In this document: in pieces, positions 18,829 to 30,213 of the stretch | Layout: each line of letters starts with the position of its first letter | How positions within the stretch are numbered: the first letter of the stretch is position 1 | Assembly (NCBI GenBank): GCA_965199955.1 | Contig: CBDATQ010000001.1 | Span: 288,001-352,000 of the forward strand | Length of the DNA stretch: 64,000 bases | From: Spirochaetia bacterium | GTDB lineage: Bacteria > Spirochaetota > Spirochaetia > SZUA-6 > Bin103 | Direction: 5' to 3' | Program-made: the position numbers and the translations under genes | The notes under the pieces: generated by a model | Seen by the model: the letters and a program-made list of their open reading frames with translations, nothing else | Told to the model about the DNA's origin: nothing | The model's database searches: none

Positions 18829-19230
18829 ATGAACAATCTCAACTCAGTCCTGCTGGAGGGCAACCTGACGCGCGATCCGGAGTTGCGCTACACGGCCAGG
18901 GGCACCGCCGTTTGCCGCTTCTCGATCGCCTGCAACCGCTCCTACAAGCAGGAGGACCAGCGCCAGGAGGAGGTGTCGTACTTCGACGTCACCACGTGGT
19001 CGCGGCTGGCCGAAATCTGCGCCGAATACCTGGTCAAGGGCCGGGGCGTGCGCGTGGTGGGCCGTCTGAAGCAGGACCGGTGGGAGGACGACAGCGGGAA
19101 CCGGCGCGCGCGCGTGGAGGTCATCGCCGAGCACGTGGAGTTCAAGCCGCAACGGCGCGACCAGGCCGAGACCGCACCTGAGGCGGAGGCGATCCTTCCC
19201 GAACCGGAGCCCGCGCAGGCGACCGCGTAG
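18829..19230 (+). CDS. ssb: Single-stranded DNA-binding protein
   Basis: MNNLNSVLLEGNLTRDPELRYT...KGRGVRVVGRLKQDRW; AGGAGG RBS. Confidence 0.95.
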   Translation: MNNLNSVLLEGNLTRDPELRYTARGTAVCRFSIACNRSYKQEDQRQEEVSYFDVTTWSRLAEICAEYLVKGRGVRVVGRLKQDRWEDDSGNRRARVEVIAEHVEFKPQRRDQAETAPEAEAILPEPEPAQATA

Positions 19231-19323
19231 CGACGGGTTCCTGGCGCGGGACTCCTTCCCCGTCGTCCACTCCGACACGGGGCGCCGGCCGTTCGCGCCC
19301 GCCCATCCCGGTTCCGTGTGCGG

Positions 19324-19371
19324 GAAAGACGGCGGTGAGATTGCCTGGAGGGGCTCTCACCGCCGTCTTTC
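19324..19371. terminator. Long stem-loop after ssb
   Basis: 17-bp perfect inverted repeat GAAAGACGGCGGTGAGA / TCTCACCGCCGTCTTTC. Confidence 0.65.
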
Positions 19372-19433
19372 AGGCGCCTGCCGGGTCCGGCGCGGTACCG
19401 GTGGTTGGCGCGTCGGGTTAGGATAGCCCCATC

Positions 19434-19895
19434 ATGACGGGACCGGACAAACCCGCCACGGACGCCGGCTACCTGGAGGCGGCGTCCCGGATCATCTTCA
19501 TGGGCGGCCTGAACCGCCGGGTCGTGGACGGCAAGTGGGACGGCTTTCTGGAAGCGTTCCACGGCTTCGACGTGGCGGCCGTGGCGGCCATGGGGCCCGC
19601 GGACGTGGAGCAGCTCGCCCAGGACGACCGGGTGATCAAGTACCAGGCCAAGCTGCAGGCGGTGGTGACCAACGCGCAGGAGATGCAGCAGGTCGCCGCC
19701 GAGCACGGCAGCTTCGGCGCGTGGGTGGAGTCGGCCGTCGCCGGTGGCGTCCCCGCCGCCTGTGCCACGCTGTCGAAGCGGTTCGCCTACATCTCCAGGG
19801 ACGGCGCCCGCAATTGGCTCTATTCCACCGGCCACGACGTGGGAGCGGTGACCGACAAGGTCCGGGAGAAGTACGCGCCGTACCGTCCGGCCTGA
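19434..19895 (+). CDS. DNA-3-methyladenine glycosylase I-like protein
   Basis: IFMGGLNRRVVDGKWDGFLEAFHGFD...KLQAVVTNA, Tag-like. Confidence 0.75.
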   Translation: MTGPDKPATDAGYLEAASRIIFMGGLNRRVVDGKWDGFLEAFHGFDVAAVAAMGPADVEQLAQDDRVIKYQAKLQAVVTNAQEMQQVAAEHGSFGAWVESAVAGGVPAACATLSKRFAYISRDGARNWLYSTGHDVGAVTDKVREKYAPYRPA

Positions 19896-19908
19896 CGGGG
19901 ACCCGCAG

Positions 19909-21249
19909 ATGACGCTGCGCACCAGGCTGGGCTACGGCGTCGGCGATCTGGGCGGCAACCTGTTCTTCACGGTTGTCAGCTTCCACCTGCTGATCTTCTT
20001 CACCGACACGGTGGGGTTGTCGCCGGCGCTGACCGGGCTGGCCTTCACCGTCGCGCGGCTCTGGGACGCCGTGACCGATCCGCTGATGGGCGTGATCTCG
20101 GACCGCACCCGCACCCGGTGGGGCCGCCGCCGTCCGTACCTGCTGGCCGGCGCGCCGCTGCTGCTGGCCGGCATCGCCGTCCTCTTCGTCGATCCCGGCC
20201 TGCAGACGCCGGGGGCGTTGTTCGCCTGGGCGGCGATCGTCTACGGCCTGGCGAACACCGCCTACACGGTGGCGTTCATCCCCTACAACTCCCTGACCCC
20301 GGACCTCGCCCCCGGATCGGACCAGCGCACCGCACTCAACGGCTACCGCATGACCTTCGGGGTGGTCGGCACGCTGATCGGCGCGGCGGGGTTCCCGATG
20401 CTGGTCTCGGTGCTGGGTCCGGGAGCGCCCGGCTACGGCCGCGCCGGCCTGGTGACCGGCGCGATCGTCTGCGCAGGACTGCTCGTCACGTTCCTGATGG
20501 TGCGGGAGCCCCCACCGCCGGCGGCCACCACCGGAACGGCCACCACCGGAACGGCCGGCGGCGGCCTGCGGCCGGTGGTGCAGGCGCTCGGAAATCGCGC
20601 CTTCCTGCTGGTGGTGATCCCGTGGACCCTGCACATGGTGGGCATCTCGCTGGCGTCCCCCATGGTGGTCTTCTACTTCAAGTACGTGCACGGGGACGAA
20701 GGGCTCTCGCAGATCGCCCTGGGCGTCCTGCTGATCGCCGCCATGGCCTCGATCTCGCTGTGGGTGGTCTTCGGCAAGCGGCTGGAGAAGCGCACCTGCT
20801 ACAACCTGGGGATGGTCTGGTTCTGCGTCTGCCTGCTGGCGGCCGCGGCGTTCGGCCAGCGCAGCGTCCCGCTGACGCTGGTCGTCATCGGTCTGGCCGG
20901 CATCGGTCTGGCTACCCACTACGTGTTCCCGTGGTCGATGCTGCCGGACGCGATCGACGCCGGCGCCGCGGCCTCCGGCCGCCGTGACGTGGGGGTCTAC
21001 TACGGACTCTGGACCCTGCTGCAGAAAGGCGGCCAGGCGCTGGCGCCGCTGCTGGCCGGCATCACCCTGAGCGCGACCGGCTACGCGCCGGACGCCGTGC
21101 AGACCCCGGCCGCGCTGACCGGCATCCGGCTGCTGGTGGGGCCGTTCCCGGCGGTCTTCTTCGCGGCCGCGGTGGCGGTCCTGACCGCCTACCCGATCAC
21201 GCGCGCCGCCCACGCCAAGCTGCGGGAACGGCTGCCCCGGGCGTCGTGA
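19909..21249 (+). CDS. MFS glycoside-pentoside-hexuronide transporter
   Basis: LGYGVGDLG, RLWDAVTDPLMGVISDRTRTRWGRRRPY; about 12 TM segments. Confidence 0.92.
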   Translation: MTLRTRLGYGVGDLGGNLFFTVVSFHLLIFFTDTVGLSPALTGLAFTVARLWDAVTDPLMGVISDRTRTRWGRRRPYLLAGAPLLLAGIAVLFVDPGLQTPGALFAWAAIVYGLANTAYTVAFIPYNSLTPDLAPGSDQRTALNGYRMTFGVVGTLIGAAGFPMLVSVLGPGAPGYGRAGLVTGAIVCAGLLVTFLMVREPPPPAATTGTATTGTAGGGLRPVVQALGNRAFLLVVIPWTLHMVGISLASPMVVFYFKYVHGDEGLSQIALGVLLIAAMASISLWVVFGKRLEKRTCYNLGMVWFCVCLLAAAAFGQRSVPLTLVVIGLAGIGLATHYVFPWSMLPDAIDAGAAASGRRDVGVYYGLWTLLQKGGQALAPLLAGITLSATGYAPDAVQTPAALTGIRLLVGPFPAVFFAAAVAVLTAYPITRAAHAKLRERLPRAS

Positions 21250-24200
21250 CCGGCGACCCGGGCGTCGCTGCCGGCGACCCGAGCGTCGCGAGCCGCGACG
21301 CGATCGTCGTCCGCGGGGCGCGCGCCAACAACCTCCGGGACCTCGACGTCGAGATCCCGCTGGCGCGGATGACGGTCGTCACCGGCGTGTCCGGCTCGGG
21401 CAAGTCGTCTCTGGCGTTCGACACCGTCTACGCGGAGGGGCAACGACGCTACGTGGAGACCTTTTCCGCCTACATCCGCCAGTTCCTGGACCGGATGGAC
21501 CGCCCGGCGGTGGACGCGGTGGAGGGGGTGCCGCCGGCCATCGCCATCGACCAGACCAACCCGGTGCGCACCTCGCGCTCCACGGTCGGCACCATGACCG
21601 AGCTCAACGACTACCTGAAGCTGCTGTACGCGCGTGCGGCCGGACTGACCTGCCGCCGCTGCCGCCGGCCGGTGCAGGTGGACACGCCGCGTACCATCGC
21701 CGCCGAGCTGCTGGCGTCCGCGGCGGACGGGCAGCGATCCCTGATCACCTTCGAGGCGCCGGTGCCGGCCAACTTCGCGCTTCAGGAGGTGCGCGCCCTG
21801 CTGGCGGCGAAGGGCTATCACCGGATCCACGCGGAGCGCCGCGCCACCGGATCACGCCCACGGCGCCTGGAGGTGGTTCAGGACCGGGTCGCGTTGGCCG
21901 GCCGCAACCTGCCGCGCATCGTCGAGGACCTGGAGGCCGCCCTGGAGCACGGCCGCGGGCGGGCCGCGGTCCGGCACGTGGACCAGGACGGCAGCGCCGG
22001 GCGCGCGCGCCGGTTTTCCGCGGAGCTGCACTGCGCTGCCTGCGACATCGCCTACCGCGAGCCGCTTCCCAGCCTGTTCTCCTTCAACTCCCCGGTCGGC
22101 GCCTGCGAGCAATGCCGCGGGTTCGGGCGCATCATCACCATCGACTACGACTTGGTGATCCCGGACCGCCGCCGCTCGCTGGCCGACGGCGCCGTCCGCC
22201 CGTTCCAGAGTACGAGCTACTCCGAGTGCCAGGACGACCTGATCGGTTTCGCGCGCCGGCGCGGCGTCCCGGTCGACGTGCCGTGGCAGGAGCTGTCCGC
22301 TGACGACCGCCGCTGGGTGACCGACGGCGACGGGAAGCACGAGGAGGGGCGCTGGTACGGCGTGCGCGGCTTCTTCGACTGGCTGGAGGGACGGAGCTAC
22401 CGCATGCACGTGCGGGTGCTGCTGTCGCGCTACCGCGCCTACGTGGAGTGTCCGGAGTGCCGCGGTACGCGCCTGAAGCCGGACGCGCTGCTGTGGAGGC
22501 TGGGAGCGGACGGGGGCCGCCACATCCACGACGTGGCGCTGCTGCCGATCGAGGAATGCGAGCGTTTCTTCGCCGCGCTCGAGGTACCCGCCGCGATCGC
22601 CGCCGGAGTGGAGCCGGTGCTGGAAGACATCCGGACCCGGCTGCGCTACCTGGTCGAGGTGGGGCTGGGCTACCTGACCCTGGACCGGCAGTCGCGCACG
22701 CTGTCGGGCGGCGAGGTGCAGCGCATCAACCTGACCACCGCCCTGGGCACGCAGCTCGTCAACGCGCTGTTCGTGCTGGACGAGCCCAGCATCGGCCTGC
22801 ACCACCGCGACATCGGCCGGCTGATCGGCGTCCTGCACCGCCTTCGCGATGCCGGCAACACCCTGCTGATCGTCGAGCACGACCCGGCGGTGATCCGCGC
22901 CGCCGACCACGTCATCGACCTGGGGCCCGGGCCGGGCCGGCACGGCGGCCGCATCCAGTTCGCGGGCCCGGTCGCCGGGTTGCGGGGCTCGGACACCCGG
23001 ACCGGGCGCTACCTCTCGGGGCGGCTGCAGGTCGCCGGCCGCAACGGGCATCCGAGCGCCGGCCACGGCTTCCTGCGGGTGCGCGGCGCCCGCGCCAACA
23101 ACCTCAGGCGGATCGACGTGGACTTCCCGCTCGGCGCCCTGGTCTGCCTGGCCGGGGTGTCGGGCTCCGGCAAGTCCACCCTGCTCTCCGACATCATGTT
23201 CCCGGCCGTGCGCCGCGCCAAGGGGCAGCCGGCGGAGGCTCCGGGCGCCCACCGCGCCGTGCTCGGTCACGAGCGCATCGCCGCGATCGAGCTGATCGAC
23301 CAGAGCCCCATCGGCAAGTCGGCGCGCTCCACGCCGGCCAGCTACGTGAAGGCGCTCGACCCGATCCGCAAGCTCTTCGCGGCCACCGAGACGGCGCAGG
23401 CGCGCGGCTACACCGCCGGCACCTTCAGCTTCAACACCGGCACCGGGCGCTGCCCGGCCTGCAGCGGCGCCGGTTTCGAGCACATCGAGATGCAGTTCCT
23501 GTCCGACGTCTACCTGCGCTGCGGGGACTGCGACGGCCGCCGCTTTCGCCCGGAGGTGGAGGAGGTGCGCGTGCACGGCCGCTCGATCGTGGACGTGCTG
23601 GACATGACCGTGGACGAGGCGCACGACGCCTTCCCGGAGCCGGCCGTGCGGGCGGCGCTGCGGCCCCTGGCCGAGGTCGGGCTGGGCTACCTCACCCTGG
23701 GGCAGGCGGTCCCCACCCTGTCCGGCGGCGAAGCTCAGCGGCTCAAGATCGCCGGCCACTTGCACATGAAGAACAGGGCCGGGGCCGCGTCGCAGGGATC
23801 CCGGCGCGGCGAGCCGCGGCAAGGCGTCCTGTTCCTGATGGACGAGCCCACCACCGGCCTGCACTTCGCGGACATCGCGGTGCTGATCGGCGCGCTGCGC
23901 AGCCTGGTGGCCGCCGGCCACTCGCTGATCGTGGTGGAACACAACCTGGACGTGCTGGCCGCCGCCGACCACGTCATCGAGCTTGGTCCCGAGGGCGGTG
24001 AGGGCGGCGGCCGGGTGGTCGCCGCCGGGACGCCCGGCGAGCTCGCCGCGGAGGGCGGCACGCACACCGCGCTGGCGCTGCGCGACCGGGAGCTGCCGGC
24101 GCTCGCCGATGCGCGCACGGACGGCACGGCCTCAGTCCCGGGCCCGGGGCGCAACGGCGCCATCGAGGTGCGGCGCGCGCGGGAGCACAACCTGCGCGCC

Positions 24201-26741
24201 ATCGACCTGACCATCCCGCGCGACCGCTTCACGGTGGTCACCGGGGTCTCGGGCTCCGGCAAGAGCACGCTGGCCTTCGACGTGCTGTTCGCGGAGGGGC
24301 AGCGCCGCTACCTGGAGTCGCTGAACGCCTACGTGCGCCAGTTCGTGCAGCCGGCCGCGCGCCCCGACCTGGACGGACTGTCCGGCATGCCGCCGGCGGT
24401 GGCCATCGAGCAGCGCACCAGCCGCGGCGGCCGCAAGAGCACGGTCGCCACCCTCACCGAGATCTATCACTTCCTGCGGCTCTTGTACGTGCGGCTGGGC
24501 GTCCAGCACTGCCCCGACTGCGCCGTCGCCATCGAGCCGCAGAGCGCCGCCGCGATCGGCGCCGCCATCCTGGAGCGGTTCGCCGGCCAGCACCTGATGG
24601 TCCTGGCGCCGCTGGTGCGCGGCCGCAAGGGCTACTACACCGACCTGGCCGCCTGGGCGGCCGGCAAGGGCTTCGGCGAGCTGCTGGTCGACGGCCGGCT
24701 GCTCCCCACCGATCCGTGGCCGCGCCTGGACCGCTTCCGCGAGCACGACATCGACGCGCCGATCGCCACCCTCGACGTCGACCGCCACGCCGGCCCCGCC
24801 ATCGAAGCCGCCGTGGCGCAGGCGCTGGAGCTCGGGCGCGGCACCCTGCACGTCCGCCCGCTCGACGGCGGGCGCGCCGGGGGCGTCCATGTCCATTCGA
24901 CCGAGCGTTCCTGCCCGAGCTGCGGGCGCACCTTCCCGGAGCTCGACCCGCGCCTGTTCTCCTTCAACTCCAGGCACGGCTGGTGCCCGCAGTGCTACGG
25001 CACCGGCCTGGAGCTGCCCGGCTTCGACGCCGAGCACACCGGCGACGAAGGGTGGTGGAACGAGTCGTGGGAAGGGGTGGAGGCGCCGTGCCGGGCGTGC
25101 GCCGGCCGCCGCCTGCGGCCGGAGGCACTGGCGGTGACGCTGGGCGGCCGCTCCATCGACGACCTGGGCGCGCTGGCGGTGCAGGCGCTGCCGGCGGCGC
25201 TGCGGGCGCTGCGGTTCGACGACCGGCAGCGGTCGATCGCCGGCGACATCGTCCGCGAGCTGCGCGCCCGGCTGGGCTTCCTGCACCAGGTGGGGCTGGG
25301 CTACCTGGGGCTGGACCGCGCTGCGCCCACCCTGAGTGGCGGCGAGGCGCAGCGCATCCGCCTGGCCGCGCAACTGGGCTCGCAACTCCGCGGCGTCTGC
25401 TACGTGCTGGACGAGCCGTCGATCGGCATGCACGCGCGCGACAACCACCTGCTGCTGACGACCCTGCGCCGGCTGCAGGAGCGGGGCAACACCGTGATCG
25501 TGGTCGAGCACGACGAGCAGACCATCCGCAGCGCCGACCACGTCGTCGACCTGGGTCCGGGCGGCGGCACCGGCGGCGGCCGCGTGGTCGCGGCGGGCAC
25601 CCTGGCGGAGGTGATGGCCAACGACGCCTCCACCACCGGGCAGATGCTGCGCGCGCCGGGCCGCCACCCGGTGATTGAGCGGCAGCGCGATCCGGAGGCC
25701 GGCTGGCTCACGGTCCGGGAGGCGGCGCTGCACAACCTGCGCGGCATGGACGTGCGCGTTCCGCTGGCGGCGGTCACCTGCGTCACCGGCGTGAGCGGCT
25801 CCGGCAAGAGCACGCTGGCGCGCCGGCTGCTGTTCGACCAGGTGCGGGAGCGGCTGGCGGCGCGGGCGCGGCGGCGCTCGGGCCGTTCGCCCAGCCCCCG
25901 CTGGGTCGGCTGCCGCGCGATCGAGGGGTGGGATGCGCTGCGCCGCGCCCTGCAGGTCGACCAGACGCCCATCGGCAAGACGCCGCGCTCGTGCCCGGCC
26001 ACCTACGTCGGCGTCTGGGACGACGTGCGCGCCCTGTTCGCGGCCACCACCGAGGCGCGCATCCGCGGCTACGGGGCGAGCCGCTTCTCCTTCAACGTCG
26101 ACGAAGGCCGCTGCCCGGAGTGCGCCGGCCAGGGGGTGAAGAAGCTGGAGATGAGCTTCCTGCCCGACGTGGCCATCCGCTGCGAGGGGTGCGGCGGCGA
26201 CCGCTTTGAACCGGAGACCCTGGCGGTGCGCGTGCACGGCCGGTCGATCGCCGACGTGCTGGCGCTGGACGCGGCGGCGGCGGCCGAGGTGTTCGCCGCC
26301 CACCCGCGAATCGCGCCGACCCTGGAGCTGCTGGTGGAGGTGGGGCTGGGCTACCTGAAGCTCGGCCAGCCCAGCCCGACGCTGAGCGGGGGCGAGGCGC
26401 AACGCATCAAGCTGGTCGCCGAGCTGGCCAGGCGCGCGCCCGGCGGCGCCGGCACCCTGTATGTGCTGGACGAGCCCACCATCGGCCTGCACATGGCCGA
26501 CGTGGATCGGCTGACGCGGGTGCTGCACCGGCTGGCCGACCGCGGCGACACGGTGGTCGTGATCGAGCACAACCTCGACGTGATCGCCGAGGCCGACCAC
26601 GTCATCGACCTGGGCCCGGACGCCGGTGACGCCGGCGGCCGCGTGGTCGCGCAGGGCCCCCCGGAGCGGGTGGCGGCGATCCGCCGCGGTTCACGCACCG
26701 CGCCGATCCTGGCCCGTTTCCTGCGCGAGCGGGCAGTGTGA
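21246..26741 (+). CDS. uvrA: Excinuclease ABC subunit A, tandem double-length form
   Basis: Four GVSGSGKS Walker A and four LSGGExQR signatures, multiple CxxC fingers. Confidence 0.93.
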   Translation: MTGDPGVAAGDPSVASRDAIVVRGARANNLRDLDVEIPLARMTVVTGVSGSGKSSLAFDTVYAEGQRRYVETFSAYIRQFLDRMDRPAVDAVEGVPPAIAIDQTNPVRTSRSTVGTMTELNDYLKLLYARAAGLTCRRCRRPVQVDTPRTIAAELLASAADGQRSLITFEAPVPANFALQEVRALLAAKGYHRIHAERRATGSRPRRLEVVQDRVALAGRNLPRIVEDLEAALEHGRGRAAVRHVDQDGSAGRARRFSAELHCAACDIAYREPLPSLFSFNSPVGACEQCRGFGRIITIDYDLVIPDRRRSLADGAVRPFQSTSYSECQDDLIGFARRRGVPVDVPWQELSADDRRWVTDGDGKHEEGRWYGVRGFFDWLEGRSYRMHVRVLLSRYRAYVECPECRGTRLKPDALLWRLGADGGRHIHDVALLPIEECERFFAALEVPAAIAAGVEPVLEDIRTRLRYLVEVGLGYLTLDRQSRTLSGGEVQRINLTTALGTQLVNALFVLDEPSIGLHHRDIGRLIGVLHRLRDAGNTLLIVEHDPAVIRAADHVIDLGPGPGRHGGRIQFAGPVAGLRGSDTRTGRYLSGRLQVAGRNGHPSAGHGFLRVRGARANNLRRIDVDFPLGALVCLAGVSGSGKSTLLSDIMFPAVRRAKGQPAEAPGAHRAVLGHERIAAIELIDQSPIGKSARSTPASYVKALDPIRKLFAATETAQARGYTAGTFSFNTGTGRCPACSGAGFEHIEMQFLSDVYLRCGDCDGRRFRPEVEEVRVHGRSIVDVLDMTVDEAHDAFPEPAVRAALRPLAEVGLGYLTLGQAVPTLSGGEAQRLKIAGHLHMKNRAGAASQGSRRGEPRQGVLFLMDEPTTGLHFADIAVLIGALRSLVAAGHSLIVVEHNLDVLAAADHVIELGPEGGEGGGRVVAAGTPGELAAEGGTHTALALRDRELPALADARTDGTASVPGPGRNGAIEVRRAREHNLRAIDLTIPRDRFTVVTGVSGSGKSTLAFDVLFAEGQRRYLESLNAYVRQFVQPAARPDLDGLSGMPPAVAIEQRTSRGGRKSTVATLTEIYHFLRLLYVRLGVQHCPDCAVAIEPQSAAAIGAAILERFAGQHLMVLAPLVRGRKGYYTDLAAWAAGKGFGELLVDGRLLPTDPWPRLDRFREHDIDAPIATLDVDRHAGPAIEAAVAQALELGRGTLHVRPLDGGRAGGVHVHSTERSCPSCGRTFPELDPRLFSFNSRHGWCPQCYGTGLELPGFDAEHTGDEGWWNESWEGVEAPCRACAGRRLRPEALAVTLGGRSIDDLGALAVQALPAALRALRFDDRQRSIAGDIVRELRARLGFLHQVGLGYLGLDRAAPTLSGGEAQRIRLAAQLGSQLRGVCYVLDEPSIGMHARDNHLLLTTLRRLQERGNTVIVVEHDEQTIRSADHVVDLGPGGGTGGGRVVAAGTLAEVMANDASTTGQMLRAPGRHPVIERQRDPEAGWLTVREAALHNLRGMDVRVPLAAVTCVTGVSGSGKSTLARRLLFDQVRERLAARARRRSGRSPSPRWVGCRAIEGWDALRRALQVDQTPIGKTPRSCPATYVGVWDDVRALFAATTEARIRGYGASRFSFNVDEGRCPECAGQGVKKLEMSFLPDVAIRCEGCGGDRFEPETLAVRVHGRSIADVLALDAAAAAEVFAAHPRIAPTLELLVEVGLGYLKLGQPSPTLSGGEAQRIKLVAELARRAPGGAGTLYVLDEPTIGLHMADVDRLTRVLHRLADRGDTVVVIEHNLDVIAEADHVIDLGPDAGDAGGRVVAQGPPERVAAIRRGSRTAPILARFLRERAV

Positions 26742-26774
26742 CGTGGATGAGAGGATGGGGACTGACCGAGTAAG

Positions 26775-27674
26775 CTATGATCCTCCGTGCACGTCGCCGG
26801 GGGCGCTCGGCCGTTCCGACTGGCTCCACGGCATGGGCATGGTGGGCGGCGTCGCGTGGTGGTCGCCGCGCGGCGGCCTGGGGCGGGCGCGGAACTCGCT
26901 GATCATGCGCGCGAGCTGCCGCGACGCCTCGTGCACGGCGCGCTCGCCCTTCTCCTTCGTGGCCAGCGTCGGCTCGCCCAGCACCCCGGTGTCGCTGTAG
27001 GAGGCGGTCCACGAGGTCACGTTGCCGGGTCCGTGGCCGTACAGGTCGGTGTAGAGGAAGTCCGACTCGTAACGGTGGTAGGCGATCTTCCCGTCGGCGA
27101 TCAGGTCCTTGCGCACGTCATCCTCTGCCAGGTAGAGGTAGACGGAGGTCTCCAGCTCGCAGGCGTGGGCGATGCCGCCGGGAAAGCGGCTCTCCCGCCA
27201 GCTCGGCAGGAACTCCGGGTCCACCGCCAGGAGTTGCCACCAGGAGCAGGTCAGGCATTCGGCGTCGGTCTCGAGGTTCACGCGGCGCGCGGCCAGGTCC
27301 AGGTTGGGCATGTTGGAGCCGTGGCCGTTGAGAAAGACGATCTTCTTGAAGCCGTGGTAGGCGAGGCTGGCGCCGATGTCGACGATGCACTTGATGAAGT
27401 GCTCCCAGTGGATGCTGGTGGTGCCGGGGAAGTCCATCACGTGCGCGGCGTAGCCGTGCACGAAGGGGTGCATGACCAGCACCTCGTCCTGGATCAGGCG
27501 CGCCGCCGCCTCGGCGACTCCGCGCGGGCACACCACGTCCACGTCCAGGGGAAGGTGCGGCCCGTGCTGCTCGGTCGATCCCACCGGGCAGACCACCACC
27601 CGCTACTGCTTCACCGCTTCGTTGATCTCCGGCCAGGTCAGCTTCTCGTAGCGCCACGACTCGGATCGTGCCAT
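26775..27674 (-). CDS. Creatininase/creatinine amidohydrolase family protein with an in-frame TAG at codon 24
   Basis: [66 protein letters not shown]; TAG at 27603-27605. Confidence 0.85.
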
Positions 27675-27774
27675 TGAAATCCTCCACAGGTAGTCTTACG
27701 GTGACCAGACCGTACGGCGGGATCGCAGCCTCCGCCACCCCACCACGAACCGGCATCCGCTCGCGGGTGCCGCG

Positions 27775-29457
27775 TCAGCCTCCCTTGCCCGCGCGCTCCA
27801 TCCTGGCCCAGGTGTCGCGCAGGCCGATGGTGCGGTTGAACACCGGCCGCTCCGGCGTCGCGTCCTGCGAGTCCAGGCAGAAGTAGCCGTTGCGGATGAA
27901 CTGCACGGGAGCCGACGGCTCCGCCTCGGCCAGGCCCGGCTCCAGCTTGCAGCCGGTGAGCACGCGCAGCGCGTCCGGGTTGAGGTGGTCGCGCCAGTCC
28001 TCACCCTCGGCCAGGTCCTTCATGTCCTCCTTGGTGAACAGGCGGTCGTAGAGGCGGACCTCGGCGTCCAGCGCGTGCGCGGCGGACACCCAGTGCAGGG
28101 TGCCCCGCACCTTGCGGCCGTCGGCGGTGCCGCCGCCGCGGGAGGCGGGATCGTAGCTGCAGCGGAGCTCCGTGGGGCGGCCGCCGGCGTCGCGCACCAC
28201 CTCGTCGCAGGTGACGTAGTAGGCGTGCTTGAGCCGCACCTCCCGTCCCACCGCCAGCCGGAACCACTTGCGCGGCGGATCGTCGCGGTAGTCGTCGCGC
28301 TCGACGTACAGCTCACCGCTGAACGGCACCATCCGGGCGCCGGCCGACGCATCCTCGGGGTTGTTCTCGCACTCGACCTCCTCGACCTGCCCTGCCGGAT
28401 AGTTGGTGATGACCAGCCGGATCGGGTCCAGCACGCCCATCACGCGCGGCGCGGCGCGGTTGAGGTGCTCGCGCAGGCGGGACTCGAACATCTCGATCTG
28501 CACCAGCACCTGCGTCTTGCTCAGGCCCACGTCGGTGGCGAAGCGGCGCAGCGCCGCCGGCGGCACGCCGCGCCGGCGCAGGGCGGCGATGGTCGGCAGG
28601 CGCGGATCGTCCCAGCCGGTCACCTCGCCGGCCTCCACCATCTCCTTGAGGCGGCGCTTGCCGGTCATCGTGTGCGAGATGTAGAGGTGGTTGTACTCGA
28701 TCTGCCGCGACGGAAAGATGCCGAGCGCATCGATGAACCAGTCGTACAGCGGCCGGTGCGTCTCGTACTCCAGCGTGCACAGGGAATGGGTGACCCCCTC
28801 GATGGAGTCGGACTGGCCGTGCGCCCAGTCGTAGGTCGGATAGATGCACCAGCGCTCGCCGGTACGGTGATGGGGGGTGCGCAGGATGCGGTACATCACC
28901 GGGTCGCGCAGGTAGACGTTGGGTGCTGCCATGTCGATCCTGGCGCGCAGCACGCAGGCGCCTTCCTCGAACTCGCCTGCGCGCATGCGCCGGAACAGGT
29001 CCACGTTCTCGGCGACCGGGCGGTCGCGGTGGGGGCTGTCGCGGCCGGCCGATTGCGCCACGCCCCGGTATTCGATGATCTCTTCCGCGGTCAGGTGGTC
29101 GACGTAGGCCTTGCCTGCTTCGATGAGCTGCACGGCCAGCTCGTACAGCCGCTCGAAGTAGTCGGAGGCGTAGTACTCGCGCTCACCCCAGTCGAAGCCC
29201 AGCCAGCGGATGTCGGTCTTGATCTGCTCGACGTAGTGGGTGTCCTCGCGCTCGGGGTTGGTGTCGTCGTAGCGCAGCGCGCAGACGCCGCCGAACTCGG
29301 CGGCGACGCCGAAGTTGACGCAGATCGCCTTGATGTGGCCGATGTGCAGGTAGCCGGACGGCTCGGGCGGGAAGCGGGTCCGGACGCGGCCGCCGTAGCG
29401 GCCGGACTCCACGTCGCGCCTGACCGCGGCGCGGACGAAGTCGGCGGAATCGCTCAC
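27775..29457 (-). CDS. glnS: Glutamine--tRNA ligase
   Basis: TRFPPEPSGYLHIGH, YPTYDWAHGQSDSIEGVTHSLCTLE, GWDDPRLPTI, KVRGTLHWVSA. Confidence 0.96.
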   Translation of the reverse strand: MSDSADFVRAAVRRDVESGRYGGRVRTRFPPEPSGYLHIGHIKAICVNFGVAAEFGGVCALRYDDTNPEREDTHYVEQIKTDIRWLGFDWGEREYYASDYFERLYELAVQLIEAGKAYVDHLTAEEIIEYRGVAQSAGRDSPHRDRPVAENVDLFRRMRAGEFEEGACVLRARIDMAAPNVYLRDPVMYRILRTPHHRTGERWCIYPTYDWAHGQSDSIEGVTHSLCTLEYETHRPLYDWFIDALGIFPSRQIEYNHLYISHTMTGKRRLKEMVEAGEVTGWDDPRLPTIAALRRRGVPPAALRRFATDVGLSKTQVLVQIEMFESRLREHLNRAAPRVMGVLDPIRLVITNYPAGQVEEVECENNPEDASAGARMVPFSGELYVERDDYRDDPPRKWFRLAVGREVRLKHAYYVTCDEVVRDAGGRPTELRCSYDPASRGGGTADGRKVRGTLHWVSAAHALDAEVRLYDRLFTKEDMKDLAEGEDWRDHLNPDALRVLTGCKLEPGLAEAEPSAPVQFIRNGYFCLDSQDATPERPVFNRTIGLRDTWARMERAGKGG

Positions 29458-29591
29458 GAAGGGTTCCGGTAGGCGACGATCAGCCGGAAGCCGATCTCGC
29501 GGGCGTGCTCCTCCATGCGGGCGAGCTCCGCGGGGCGGTCGGGAACGAGGTCGTCGAGGTAGCCGCGTACCTCGGGAGAGATCGGGTCCAT
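29454..29591 (-). pseudogene. O-methyltransferase N-terminal stub
   Basis: MDPISPEVRGYLDDLVPDRPAELARMEEHAREIGF resembles the class I O-MTase N-terminus; ends overlapping the glnS start. Confidence 0.55.
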
Positions 29592-29670
29592 GCGGCAATG
29601 CTCCCCGCTCGGCGCGCGGCATGCAAGCGGCACTGAAGCAGCAGCGCCGGGCGAGCGCTTACCTTGATGG

Positions 29671-30195
29671 ATGGACGAACCGCGAGAGTCGATCTGGAGC
29701 GTCCCGTCGTCGCTCAAGGCGATCTACTACTCCGTGTTCTCGGTCCTGGCGTTGCTGAGCGCCGTTCTGGTGCTGGTCGAGGTATTGAGCACCGAGGTTC
29801 CTGGCGGTATCGTCGGCAAGGCTCTGCGGTTCGGTGAGAGGTTGGCGTCGATGGCGGTGGCATCGGCCGCCTTGAGCATGGTCACGATGGAGGTAGTCGG
29901 CATGGTAGGGATCGTAGGCTCATACCTGCAGCAACGACTTGACGAGCACTTCGCGAAACGCGCGGAACGTGCACGCGCACGTGCGGAACGTGCTTTTACG
30001 AAGGCCGTTGAAAAGGCCGCTACAAAGGCCGCCGCAAAAGCCGCTGCACAGGGTCATGCGGAAGGCCACGCCCAGGGTCATGCGCAGGGCCGTGCAGATG
30101 AGAGGGCCAGGTGGGAGGAACGTGAGCGGCGGATCCAGGAGACCGGAGCACGCATCCCTCCCCCGCCGCCGCTGGACGAGGACGCCGCCGAGTGA
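29671..30195 (+). CDS. Membrane protein with AQGHAEG repeats and Pro-rich tail
   Basis: Two TM segments, AQGHAEGHAQGHAQGRADER, PPPPP. Confidence 0.75.
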   Translation: MDEPRESIWSVPSSLKAIYYSVFSVLALLSAVLVLVEVLSTEVPGGIVGKALRFGERLASMAVASAALSMVTMEVVGMVGIVGSYLQQRLDEHFAKRAERARARAERAFTKAVEKAATKAAAKAAAQGHAEGHAQGHAQGRADERARWEERERRIQETGARIPPPPPLDEDAAE

Positions 30196-30213
30196 GCGCG
30201 TCGAGCCGCCTGG

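Noticed and set aside
21852..26600. Long antisense and alternative-frame ORFs (here and throughout)
   Set aside because: Shadow ORFs expected in very GC-rich DNA; Arg/Pro/Gly-rich with no motifs
27695..27725. Possible group II intron domain V
   Set aside because: Only a short hairpin; lacks the DV/DVI consensus and lies 19 kb from the 5' remnant
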